Assembly: GCA_043228905.1 (NCBI GenBank)
Contig: JBHGNT010000022.1
Span: 3,844,001 to 3,908,000, forward strand
From: Azolla caroliniana
Lineage: Eukaryota > Plantae > Polypodiophyta
Direction: 5' to 3'
DNA length: 64,000 nucleotides
Shown here: positions 1-12,064 of the stretch, one piece after another
Numbering within the stretch: position 1 is the stretch's first letter
Layout: every line of letters begins with the position of its first letter
Translations under genes and position numbers: made by a program
The notes under the pieces: model-generated
The model's input: only the letters and a program-made list of their open reading frames with translations
Database searches by the model: none
Told to the model about the DNA's origin: nothing

Positions 1-3000
1 GGAAACCCTCCTATGCTTTTAGTTTGCATATCTGTGCTACAATAATATTGAGTTAACTCTACATGACACGTAAACCCCCCCGACATTAAAAAAGCCATTC
101 AAAAATGCGAATGCATTCATAATGGAAAGATGGAAACCCCACTAGTTTAACAATGACATAAACATGTGCTAGGGTCGAGCAAGGTATCATGTTTTTAAGT
201 GAACAAAGAGAGGTATCAATGATCAAAACATGAAGAACATACATGCACATACAAGTAGCTTCATACTTTTGAAGCTAGATGTAGGTGTATCGGTTGAGAA
301 ACCTATGAATCATACATCTTTAAGTCATGTTTTGTGTATTGTTAAATGTAATGCCTTTGCCCATTGACACTTATGGAAAATATTTTACAATATTGGCCAG
401 ATGAATGATCTCTATTATTAGACTTCGTAATTTCAATATTATGTGATAAGCCTCAATAAAGTCATTGTCTACGGACAAGTTATTATTTGCAAGTTTGTTT
501 CATTTTGCCTTAACTATTTATATTTAACAAGACATCACATGTGGGAGTATACTGTGATAGATTTGACCTTATACATTATGTAATTATCGAGACATTATGT
601 GCAAAAAGTACATAGTGAATGCATTGAGTTCATGCATGATGCAATTAACAAGGTGAGAGTATTGGGTTTACCATTGAAATAAGAGTCCTTAGACTACTAC
701 TTAAAGTAATTTCGGTCGTACCTTTTGAAGTTCTAACTTTCTCATACAAATATGACGGTGTAGTGAGAAATTTTATGCTTTGCAAAGTCGCAATTGTGAA
801 ATAAATCAAGGTCAATGAGGATTGATATTGTGTACATTGCAAAAAAGCTTCATCAATTTCAATCAAGATTTTGCAAACAATTTGATTGCTATTAAAGAAT
901 GGTTAAAAGGTTTCCATTGACCTTTACTATACACAAAAATGTTGAAGGAAATTATATAATATGAACATTGAAGATGAGAAAGACGGCAAGAGACAAATGA
1001 AACTAGAAGATGTGCCATTAGATGAGGTCAATAAATTTTATAGTTAGGTGTGTGCAAAGATGACAACCATACAACTGTCATGCATAAGTGACAAGAGCAT
1101 CAATAATAATAAATAGTCAATCAATCTAGAACATAGTGAAAGTTCTCTAGCTACATACAATCTATTGTTATGCCTTCTACACCCATGCATACACACATGA
1201 ACAATGATTGAAAGATATATTAATGTCACAATGTAGATCTATGTGTTTTGGCCACATGCATTCATGATTATATGCTATAACATATTAACACCTAACCATT
1301 TCAACAAGGTTATAATGTCAGCATTCAAATATTTAGAATAGTGACATAAACCATGATGCATCCATTTGGATAATATGGTATACTCGCAAAATAATTGTCT
1401 GCTAGCATAAAAACAATGGCATATGTTTATATATACAACCATCTTTATCATACCAGTTTATTATTATTATTCTTATAGAAAAATAGAATCAATCTCACTA
1501 TGGTAGCCACCTAGTAAACATCAAGTTGCTATCTGATGTTTTTGAATCGTGACTAAATCTTGTAAAATCATATGGGTTGTTACACATGATCAATAATCTC
1601 AGTAGTTGAATAGTTCACAAATACAACTAGCTCACCTAATATGAAAGTGTGATTGATGCATGAAACTTATTTGGCTGGGTACACGTACTAAACGGACAAT
1701 GATCCTTAGTTATAATTAAAAAAAATCATTTAGTGCACTAATGTGACATATATAATTACGACAACACAAGCAAAGAAGACTGCCCTTTGAGCAATGCATG
1801 TGGAGAAGGCTAAAGCAAGTCCCATTATTATTGTACCTAGTGTAAAAAGGAAGAAACCTATTGGACTTACTAACTGGAAATGGGTTGTTCATCAGTGGGT
1901 CATAGAACATTGAAAGTGTAGAAAATAGGGCTTTATCTTTTGAAATTCCCTGATATTTGCCCTATATTTGTCAAAGATTAGTTGTATTTCCTTTATTTAT
2001 AGTAAGGTTAAGCGTCAAAACAAATTGTCATATATATAACCCACACTCTTCAAAACCCTTCTAAAATGGTGGTTGGCTTGTCAATAGGCTCTAATGTTTT
2101 TCAAGTTGGACGTTTTGTTATCTAGCTAAAACAAAGTGATAAGGCAAGCCAAATAATATCTAAGTTGATTATTATCAATTTAAAGTCAATGAGATTATGC
2201 TAAGACAACATCTACTTAAGATAAAGTGATACGGCAACCAAAGGAATACCTAAGTTTATAATATTACAAGTCAACACGATGTGTGTTCTAGAAAACCATG
2301 TTTTTATGAGCAAATTGCAAATTGTACATGATCTCGAATTGCAACTATGAAGATGTGTTATAATGAGCACACATAGTTGTAAAGCACAATCTTTTCACTA
2401 CAATCTCATGTTTACAAATTTAAATCAATCATTTCAATTTAGGTTGCCTTAGGTATCTTATATGGCAATTCCGCATGGTTTGTTTAAAAATGTAACGAGT
2501 ATGTACAAGACATTGAATTAAAATAAGACTCGATCTTTTGTGGGGTTCATCGATGATGCACCCTCCAACTCTTTGATCTTGAAACCACAAAGTCATTAAG
2601 AAGAAACAAAGCACGTGGCACTCGAGAGACCCTAGACACCACTAGTGACTCCCTCCACTAACTACTTCAAGTGCGAACAAAGATGCATATGTTTTGTCCC
2701 TTCTCAAACTATCCATGACTAAATTATGTGGTCACACATAAGACGAAAATTTTTCAAACTAAATGTCACTTCAAATTCACACATTGATAATTACAAATCT
2801 TTCAAGCCTTTCTTATATTATAATATTTGCATGATTGAGCATTGATAGTAATTTTGTGCTTTTTGGGTGCACAACCTTCCATTGCTTGTAATTTGTTGTC
2901 TTTGTCATGCAAATTAGACTATAAACCATGGTTGTTTTTCATTTCTTAAAATTAGAAAGGTGGAGTGATTAGATTGGCATAGTTGAGCTGATGGACGAGA

Positions 3001-3352
3001 GCTTGACATGCTAATTAGTTTCATTTCTTAGAAGGACCATGGTTGCCTATGCAAAGGGAATGCACAATCGTTGATAATTGTTTTGTGGGCATTTCATTTG
3101 CACTTAATCCATCATTGCATGTTTTTCATTAGAGGTAGTCCTTGGATAACTAAATTTCAATGTCATAGGAGTATGAATATCTCCATTTTTAGAAAGAATA
3201 GTGCATTAAAAATTATTGTCAACCATTTGCTAATTTAGAGTATTGTGGAAAGCAAATTTATGACCCTTGGGAAATTGAATTGTAAAGGTTGAATTCGAGA
3301 ACTTTCTTAGATAGATCTACTCGAGGATCTCAGAAGACATGTTTAGAAAGTG

Positions 3353-5342
3353 TCAATCTTGTACGATTGGGAAGGCCGAGCCAATTCTATCCCTACCATG
3401 ACGATAACACTTGATATTGACGGCATAGGGGCCCACCTCAACATAGTTGTCTTCGCTACCTCCATAGAAACAAAGTGTATAAAGGGCTACTTCAAATTCA
3501 GGACTTACGCCCACAAAGGTGGTCGAAACGGGCTTCTTCACGCCATTCCATGTGAATTGTATTGAAAGGCATTGTGAATGAGCATCGGGCTGTTGTAACA
3601 AAAACCAAAGTCATAAAGAGTTATTGCAAAATGGTGCCTTTTCCTTGTGAGATTGAAATAAAGAAAATTGTATCTACTTATGAATTGTTGAGATATGTAC
3701 CACATCATGGTTCCTTCTTCTTGGGAATATGTATCCTTGATAGTCGAGTCTTCCTGCGACTTCTTCAACATAGAACTACAAAAAATCATCATCATAAAAA
3801 AAAAAACACAAGTAAAAATCTACCTTTTCATGTTGCAAAGGGGTCATTTGTCTTAAGAGGGTTCAAGGCAATCTCGCCTTGAACACAAGAGCTCCCAGGT
3901 AAAAAAAAAAAACCTTTATCCAATTGTGGAAGCCCGAAATTTCATCTTCAAATTGGCCATGTTTCACTTCTCCCACGAAAACATGCTCGAATGCCGAAGA
4001 CGAATCTTGTGCACCGGCCCGACCATACAACCCAAACCATAACGAGTGTAGATGCTCCTTAAATTCGGCTTGGTTATCGGAGATGACACTTTGTGCTACT
4101 AAGTACTTAAATAGGTATTGGATCGGGGCGGTCCGACTTATCTCCTCAATAAACGCATTCTCTTCTTGCTTTTCTTCCTCGCTAACATGCTCTCGGACAC
4201 CTTGCTTAGCGGAGTAATTGTCAAGGAGAGCGTAGAAACGGGCGAAAGTCGGCCTACGGAACACTTCCTCGTTCACGTAGGAGAAAAACGTGTTGTCCGC
4301 CCTATCTTGTTGGTCCCCGACCCTCTTTCCTTCCCCGCAGTCTATCTCGTAATCTCGTCCTGGAGATAGACGGTTGAGATCGAGCCCCCAAAGACGGTTA
4401 CATGCGGCCGAGATGTTCCCGAGCTCTTCTTCGGTGGGTTCTATATCGACATCCGAAGTGACTGGCTTTGCATACTCTTGCTTATGGGGAGGCTTCCTAT
4501 ACTCTTGCCACTGCTCCTCTGGCAACTACGAAACCCGAGAAAAATGAACTAGAGACTAATATTTTTTTTTGCAGATTGTCGAAGTTTCAAGGTTATTGGA
4601 AACTTCTGGCTACTATTGTTCAAACAATTGGGATGTTTGTGAAAGGTTTTGCCAATATTCACAAGATGTTTGAAGCAACATTTCGTAACAGAATTAGCTG
4701 AAGTGTTGTGGAGAAGTCGAAAGATTTAACTAAATTTGTCATTAGTTCTATAAATTTTAGAGTTCCACAAGATACAGATTTGCCTAAATCATTTATATTT
4801 AGCGAGTCATTGGGATTCCATACATTTTAAATCCTCTCGTGAACGAAACATCTTACCATATTCACCCACAAAGACAATCAGAGAGAATGCACTGAGAGTC
4901 TCCCTTGACACAGTAGAAAATTTTATCTCTACTAGCTACTCATAGATATTTGCAATTTTTTTTATATGACTTTAACCGCTAACTTCCGAAAGTTCACCAC
5001 AATACTCCTGAGTAGTAGTTAAAATTTTGGTCAAATTCCGACAAATTAGGGTGTATTTTTGTACTATTTTCCTAATTTCAATGCATTTGTAGGCAGCATC
5101 TTTTGGAAGGCTTTAGTTAGAGGATATTTGATCTACTAATTTCATTTCCAAGACCTAAAATTTCCCATTATCAGAAAATGGTGTGGAATGCTCAATATTA
5201 CTTAAGTACACTAGAAAGAAACAAGTTGTTTTTTTACTGAAGGAGAGAAGATACATACATACCTTGTGATAACGATCGGGACGAGAATGATGACCAGCAT
5301 TTTCCTGCCCTTGTCCATAATTGCTTTTATGTCCATCTTGTC
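3353..5342 (-). CDS. ENDOU: EndoU-family poly(U)-specific endoribonuclease (XendoU-like), spliced; exons 5342-5263, 4525-3914, 3775-3701, 3589-3353
   Basis: Translation has EndoU motifs LWGLDLNRL, FYALLDNY, SSAFEHVFVGE (His), GFHNW (His), FYVEE..G.LDYQGYI and KKP...FVGVSPEFEVALYTLCF. GT-AG borders keep the frame; stop at 3353. The true start lies upstream of 5342. Confidence 0.9.
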
Positions 5343-5403
5343 CTGCAGCAATCTTGAGAATCCCCCCCAAAACCACATTGCAAAAGGAAAAAAACACTCA
5401 AAT

Positions 5404-5467
5404 TTTTGTTGAAAACCACTCAGATCTTTGTTGAAAACCACTCAGATCTTTGTTGAAAACCACTCAA
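5404..5467. repeat. 22-bp tandem repeat x3 (intronic)
   Basis: Unit tttgttgaaaaccactcagatc repeated. Confidence 0.85.
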
Positions 5468-5584
5468 AAAAGGTTTGAAATGAAATGGAATTGGGTATGT
5501 CTCGATTAGCCATCTATAAAATGACTTTAAGAGCGAGACTAAAATCTCTTATGAGTTCGGATGATTCAATCTCACGAGTATAAC

Positions 5585-5618
5585 CAAAGATCCAAAGAAA
5601 GACCCATAACATTTCCAT
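5585..5618 (-). CDS. Candidate first coding exon of the EndoU gene (MEMLWVFLWIF-G)
   Basis: ATG just after a CAG acceptor; ends in phase 1 before GT, matching the phase of exon 5342-5263. A likely 5'UTR donor lies at 5882. No homology support. Confidence 0.4.
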
Positions 5619-6048
5619 GGATCTGCAGAAGAGATGGCATATGAGGGAAGATTCAGTAAAAGAAAAAGGGAAGACAAAAACCCAGTGACAAATTTGAAAT
5701 TAAATATCAGTCTTTGGGACCTGAATGGTAAAAGCAAAATTAAAACCCTAAATGGAAACAAAAATTTAAACCCTAAATCCCATCGTATATGGTTAGATCC
5801 AGAGAGACAAAAGTCAAGATCTTCCGAAGAGAAAGGGAAATGAAAAAGGAAGAAGAAGACAGAAGAAAGAAGAAAAGAAAACCTTCAAGATTTGTTACAA
5901 CTAAAAAGGCTCTTCAGGATTGTGAATGAATATAGGCATTCAGAAAACCCCTCGAAAAATCCTTCTCAAACAAGAAACAGATGAAGAAAAAAACGCAATA
6001 TGGTGAGGAGAAAACGTTGAAAATTTTCAAGCTCGGAGAGATGGGCCC

Positions 6049-6056
6049 TATTTATA
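6049..6056 (-). promoter_or_regulatory. Putative TATA box of the EndoU gene
   Basis: TATAAATA on the minus strand, ~170 bp upstream of the putative UTR donor and followed by a CT-rich leader. Confidence 0.5.
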
Positions 6057-7072
6057 AGCATTAGATCTAGACAATGACAACGTCAATAATTTGATTCGGA
6101 TTAGGTTAAACTATGTTTAACTGAACCTAACCTTTATTAAATTAGGTTAAGCTAGATATATATATATATATTTTTAATGTCAAACTCGATTAGACCACAT
6201 CAGACGAGCCTCAATTACACGAAATTAGATTAAATCACATAAAGCCAAACTATATCAAAGTTACATTAAATTACAATAAATTAGACTAAATTCCATGAAA
6301 CTAGACCACATTGAATTAGATTAATTCCTATGAAATTAGATCAAATCACGTTGACTACGTGGAATTAGGTTGAAGATACAGTGAATAGAGTAGCAGTGAT
6401 ATTAAACTAAGATTCCATTTGGATTTAAAAGAGTACCTCAGCCCATGTGGAACGGTCAACAGAGCTAGAGTCACCATGGCCGGAGGATGATGATGAATTA
6501 ACAGAGGAGATAGCATCAATGGCAGTGTTAAGCAACCCTGAGAAGAGTTTCTCCATTTATCAACTACTGAAATGAAACAAGAATACGCTTGAATGGCCCA
6601 CTCTGTTTTAACAACAAAGAATCAGACTCGAACAAGGAAGGAAAAACAGAGATCTTCAGGGGGATACTGCAGGCAAGGGATGGAGGCTAACTTGGTGCTA
6701 GAGATTGAAGAAAGAAAGAAAGAAAGAAAGAAAGATGGAAGATATAACGTCGCAGAGACTTTGTGGAGGATGAGATTTGAACCCAAGATCCATGAATGGA
6801 TAAGAGTGTGGTTTCATGGTTTCCAAGGCCTTTGTCTCTTTTGGCAAAAACTTGAACCGAACAGGTTAATCCTAAACCGGTTAAGCCGCCGATTAAGCCT
6901 TAACCGGTTTGGGAACCAGTTTGGTTGGGCTCGAGGCATCCCAAACCGAGCTCAAGCTGGTTAAGGAAGTTCGAGCCTGAACTGAACCGAACCACCAAAC
7001 CGTTTTAAAACAGTTCAGGCTTGAGCCAAGACGTTGTCGACTCCTACCATGGGGTACAAGTACAACCTCAAG

Positions 7073-7084
7073 GCTCTGATATCA
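7073..7084 (-). other. Relic tRNA-iMet primer-binding site next to a degenerate LTR end (TG at 7087)
   Basis: gctctgatatca is the reverse complement of TGGTATCAGAGC with 1 mismatch; 2-nt spacer, then tgta. Confidence 0.5.
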
Positions 7085-7182
7085 TATGTAATTGGTTATG
7101 TCGTCCGCGTAGAGAATCGCGCAATCCACGTTGTACCGTCTAATAGTGTCCTTTGGTACATTAATGGAATTTTTAGTGCCGG

Positions 7183-7456
7183 ATAAGGAAAGAGACACCC
7201 ATATGGATGTAGCTCAATTCGTGTCGCAAGGTTGTTCTACAAAGATTAGAGGGTCATGTGTTCAACCCCGTACGTTTAAGGTCGTGGTAAGGTTGTTATG
7301 CAAACACTAGAATGTTATTATAAGGAAAGAGACACCCATATGGATGTAGCTCAATTCGTGTCGCAAGGTTGTTCTACAAAGATTAGAGGGTCATGTGTTC
7401 AACCCCGTACGTTTAAGGTCGTGGTAAGGTTGTTATGCAAACACTAGAATGTTATT
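7183..7456. repeat. 137-bp perfect tandem duplication containing a tRNA-like head
   Basis: ataaggaaagagacaccc...gaatgttatt occurs at 7183 and 7320. Confidence 0.92.
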
Positions 7457-8328
7457 CATTCAATTCCTATGGTTAATGTTGTTTAGCAAAGACTAGAAGG
7501 TCATGCATTCAACCCCTGCAATCCACAATGGCACATATTAAGGAGTTGAGCTTCGAACCCAAGTCATAAGGTTGGTAATCTAACAACTTACCAATAACAG
7601 AGCGGCTTGAGATGAAATGGATAAAAAAGATAGAAATATGATAGGAATAGCTAGAGCTTTAGGAGAAGATGCTCGAGTTTCAATTCAATAGATCCGCAAG
7701 CGGAGATTTCGTTGTCTTTTGTCATTGGTGTTCTTGAATGCTTTCTCGATTTGCAATCCTAAGTTCCCATAGAAATTCGATAGCACTTCCACCCTTAACA
7801 ATGAGTTCTCATCTCCTTTTATAGGAATAAAATTAGTATTTCTTCTTTTGGCATATGTCTTTACTTATTTTTCTTGGGTGCCCAATGTTAGCAAAATGCC
7901 AACCATCATGTCCATAAATTTGTATTGCTTCGTTTGGCCCATTGAAGTTCACATAACCTCAAACAGAATGACCAAGACTCAAACCGTTGACATTCCTTTC
8001 CTAGTATAAGAACTTTCGATTGAGCTATACTTTTTATTATCTTAAATATCATTTCCTCATCTAAGCTTCATACATCACAACTTCAGTTGCCCCCCCCCCC
8101 CCCCCCCCATTGGCAATGTTAGTTTCACACGTATGTGTGTGCTACTCCGCAACTACAAGCATCGTTTGATTGACAAGACAATTGAGTTCCCAAATTTGGT
8201 GTTGTAGGTTCGACTCCTGTCGTTGATCAATTATCTTTCACTTTTAATTTCCCATTCAGAGCTTGGATTCACGATTTGAATTTTTTTCCATGAACCCAAC
8301 AAAGACCTCAAGGCATTGATGCATCGAC

Positions 8329-8715
8329 TGTAAAGACACACAGAGAGAGAGAAAGGGAAATATTGTATTGCAGAGTAAAATGGATTACAAGGAGTAGGCA
8401 ATAGAGTGCTACAAAATGGCGTTGAACCAATTTAGGTTTGGGATGATTGATAGATCCTTATTTATAAGTAATAGAGAACACTCTAGAATATTTTAGGTCA
8501 TCCTAGAAGGTTTCTAGAGTATTCTAGAAGGTTGTAGTGTATAGAACACTCTAGTATATTCTAGGTTATTCTAGAATGTAGAGTAATATAGAATATTCCT
8601 ATGATATTAAATTTTGTATTCTAAAAACTATACATATAAGAATATTAATACAATGGTTAAGGATTTGACATGTGTACAACAAGGTCGTGGGTTTAAATCC
8701 TCTCGAGGCATGATG
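8329..8715 (-). mobile_element. Degenerate LTR related to the chromovirus G LTR
   Basis: Starts tgtaaag on the plus strand. Shares gttgaaccaattt, ttctagaa-type repeats, a TATA motif and a terminal tRNA-like module with the reverse complement of 24359-24781. Confidence 0.55.
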
Positions 8716-8940
8716 TGAGTGCACTTCATCATAACACCGACCTTGCGAGGTTATGTGCACTTGTGGAATTTGAGCAAGACCAACAAGGACTTGAAATAGA
8801 GAGGATAGGATGTTGAGTTTATAGGTTCAATGCTTGAGGATGTGTTTAAATTTGATAGTGTAGATAATTATGGTTGTGTGGGGTGTGTCAATGTACGTGT
8901 GATATATTTTTGTATAAATATGGAAAGATTTAAGAGTGGT

Positions 8941-8942
<2 letters not shown>

Positions 8943-8972
<30 letters not shown>
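8943..8972. repeat. (TG)n microsatellite
   Basis: Direct read. Confidence 0.95.
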
Positions 8973-8975
<3 letters not shown>

Positions 8976-9163
8976 GTAGATAATTGAAGCTTAGTTGTAT
9001 GAGGGGATTATGTATTTGAGCTCGTGTTTGTGTGTATATATGTGTGTGTGCAGGTTCAAATGTGTTGAATTTTCCTAATCCACGTGAAAGTGCAATGTTT
9101 ATAGGTGCTAATGCATTTGTGAGTAGGAGGGGTATTTAGACAAATAAAGATGTATAAGCTTAT

Positions 9164-12064
9164 TGTTGAGAGACAAGCTCAACATCGGCCGGATTGGCTG
9201 AAGAAGCCAAGGACCGGATCAGTTGGGACCGATCGGTTAGGCCGAATGCGTAAACCGGTACGCAGACCGGTGCGTAGGTAGGGCCGGATCGGTGCGTAAA
9301 CCGGGAGGCCTTTAGGAAAGATATTCCGTGAGGAATATATTTGGGAGTTAGTGTAGGAGCTCTTAATGAGAATTGAAGTATTGTTAGTCCTTCTAGGACT
9401 TGTATAAAAGTGTTCATTGAACACACATATGTATAGAATGGTGAATAGAGATTGAGTATTGTTTTGTTGAATATAGTTCTTGTGTTTGCTCTCTCTCACT
9501 CTCTCTGTCTCTCCCACGTATACTGTGTAAGCTCAAGCTCTCCATTAAACCTGAGTTTTCTTCCTTCTGTTCGGTCTTCATACTTGCTTCCGCACGCTAC
9601 TTTTTACATGGTATCAGAGCGCGAGGGTTGAGAACCTCTCTGCAGCCGATACAGCTTGACGAAGAAGAATAAGAAGAACGATGGATAGAGGCATGGCGAG
9701 CTCGCTTCCAACAGAGAAGCTCGATAGAACCAACTACGCGTCTTGGTCTTACAAGATGCACCAGTACCTGCTCGGGCACGACTACTGGAGTTATGTCGAA
9801 GGAGCTAATGACGCGGCACCCGAATTGACACACAGAGACTTCTCGTCATGGGAACAATCGGCGAGCAGGTTATTATACTGCTTCGCGTCGTGTGTGGGCG
9901 AACAACTATTGAGCTATGTTCGGGATGCAAAGACGTCGAAGGGTGCGTGGGAAAATCTGAAGAAGATTTTCGCCGCGACCACCACAACCAGGAAGCTTCA
10001 GCTCCGACAGGAGTTGAGCAACCTACGACAACGCGACTTGTCGGTGGCGGACTATACCTCGAAGATCAAGGATATCTGCGACTCCCTCGCCTCCATAGAG
10101 GTGAACATCGAGGAGAGTGAGATGGTCCAGATCTGTCTCAGAGGTTTGGCGTCGAAGTTCGGAGCGTTCTGAACGGTTGTGTGTACCCGGGAGAATACGC
10201 CGTCCTTTTTCGACTTACAGTCAATGCTCTTGGTAGAGGAGAACCACGCGGGTGCGTCTACAAGCACGCACACCGACATCAGAATGTTGTACACGGAGGG
10301 AGATAGGCCTTGTGGACGTGGAGGACGAGGCAAGTCGGCGCACAATGGAGGCGGCCGACGAGATCAAGGAAGAAGGCACCGAAGTGATGCCAACAACAAC
10401 TCCGAACCCTCCGAAAACAGGGGGAGTCGAAGCGATGAGAACTGGCAAGGGAAGGCCATCGTGGAGTGCTGGTACTGTGGCAAGAAAGGCCACAAGGAAA
10501 GTGAGTGCTTGAAGAAGCGCGCTGATTCGGAGAGAACCGGTTCCAGAAACGGCTCCGAACATACCGACCAGGGAAATCGGCAGCGATCGCACTACGCCGA
10601 AGACTCCGGGAGAGCCGGAGAAGGGTCTGCCTTCGTGACGAGACACGAAGCAAACTCAATGAAACAGAGCACCCCGAGATCAGACGAGGTGTGGTACGTA
10701 GACTCTGGCGCGTCAAACCACATGACGAGCCATAAGGAGTGGTTCTCGTACCTTGAAAAACCGATACAACCTGGAGTAGTCGCAACTGGAGACGACACTC
10801 CGCATCCGATCGCGAATGTCGGAGAAGTTCCCCTTAGCCATGTCGGGTAGAAAGGGAAACTCATGAAAGTGCTGCACGTTCCGACAATCACGAAGAACTT
10901 GGTCTCGGTCGGACAGATCGTCGACCAAGGGATGGAGGTTCGGTTTACACACCTCGGGTGCTACATTGAGGAAGAAGGCTGTGTGTTTGCGCAAGGGCGC
11001 AGAGACGGGAGGATGTTCATCCTCGACTCCACTGACGGCGGCACCGCAATGTTCGCGAAGGGACAAAAGTCCGAGTCGAACATCGATTTGTGGCACAAGC
11101 GGATAGGCCACGTCAACTACCAGCGGCTTCAAGATCTGCAATCGAAACAGGTAGTGTTCGGATTGCCCAAATTTAGTGGCCGAAAGGCACAAATTTGTGA
11201 AGCCTGCCAGCTCGGGAAGCAACACCGACTTCCTTTCCCCAACGAGCGAAACCGGAGCCGGAACAAGCTCGACCTTATACACTCCCGATGTATGGGGGCC
11301 AACACAAAACGTTAGTCTTGGCGGGAGCCGATATTTCGTCTCCTTCATCGACGACCACACGCGGCACACATGGATCTACCTCATTGAGAGGAAGAGCGAA
11401 GTCTTCGACCGTTTTCGGGACCTCAAAGGGTTCGTGGAAACGGAAACGGGACGAAAGATCAAGTGCCTGCGGTCGGATGGCGGGAAAGAGTACTTCTCCG
11501 GTCAATTCAACGGTTATCTACAACAAATGGGAATTCGGCGCGAATTCAGTTGTAGATACACACCGGAGCAGAACGGCGTGGCCGAGAGGAAGAATCGGTT
11601 AGTTGTGGAAGCGGCACGGGCAATGCTGGAGGAGAAGAGCTTGCCCAAGTTCTACTGGGCCGAGGCGGTAAGGACCGCGCTATACATCCAGAACCGGATC
11701 GGAGACAAAGTGTCGGCGCACGAGCTATATTTCGGAACAAAGCCGAACTTGCGACACTTGAGGGTGTTCGGTAACATTGCGTATGTGCATGTACCGAAGG
11801 AGAAAAGGAGGAAGCTGGACGCAAATGCCGAGAAATGCATCTTGGTCGGTTACTCGGACGAGCAGAAGGGTTATAAGTGCTATAACCCTCGCACCAAACA
11901 AGCGCGTGTTAGTCGCGACGTTGTGTTTGACGAGTCCGCGTCTTGGTACCAGCCCCCGACTCTGAACCCTGACTCCAATCTGAGTTCTGACGATGAGGTC
12001 AGCGAGGCCGAGATGCCTCCGAATGAGCCCGAAATCAAGACCCGCCAAAGAGAGTCCAATTTCA
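9164..12064 (+). mobile_element. Ty1/Copia LTR retrotransposon A, 3'-truncated (5' LTR 9164-9608, PBS-iMet 9609-9620, gag-PR-IN; no RT/RH or 3' LTR)
   Basis: TG...CA LTR directly followed by TGGTATCAGAGC. Gag KLDRTNYASW, zinc knuckle CWYCGKKGH, protease WYVDSGASNHM, LWHKRIGH, integrase DVWGP/RSDGGKEY/PEQNGVAERKNR. Confidence 0.93.
9681..12064 (+). pseudogene. Copia A gag-pol, disabled
   Basis: Stops at 10170 (TGA) and 10848 (TAG), frameshift near 11285, cut after integrase. Confidence 0.88.

Noticed and set aside
1-3300. Short ORFs in AT-rich DNA
   Set aside because: No recognisable motifs or splice-consistent model; probably decayed repeats that I cannot classify.
6085-7030. 5-bp-periodic attag/aaccg repeats and ORF 6593-6964
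   Set aside because: Resembles subterminal repeats of a DNA transposon or MITE, but no TIR/TSD could be fixed; the ORF is low-complexity.
7203-8226. Functional tRNA genes
   Set aside because: No intact acceptor or anticodon stems; reported only as tRNA-like modules.
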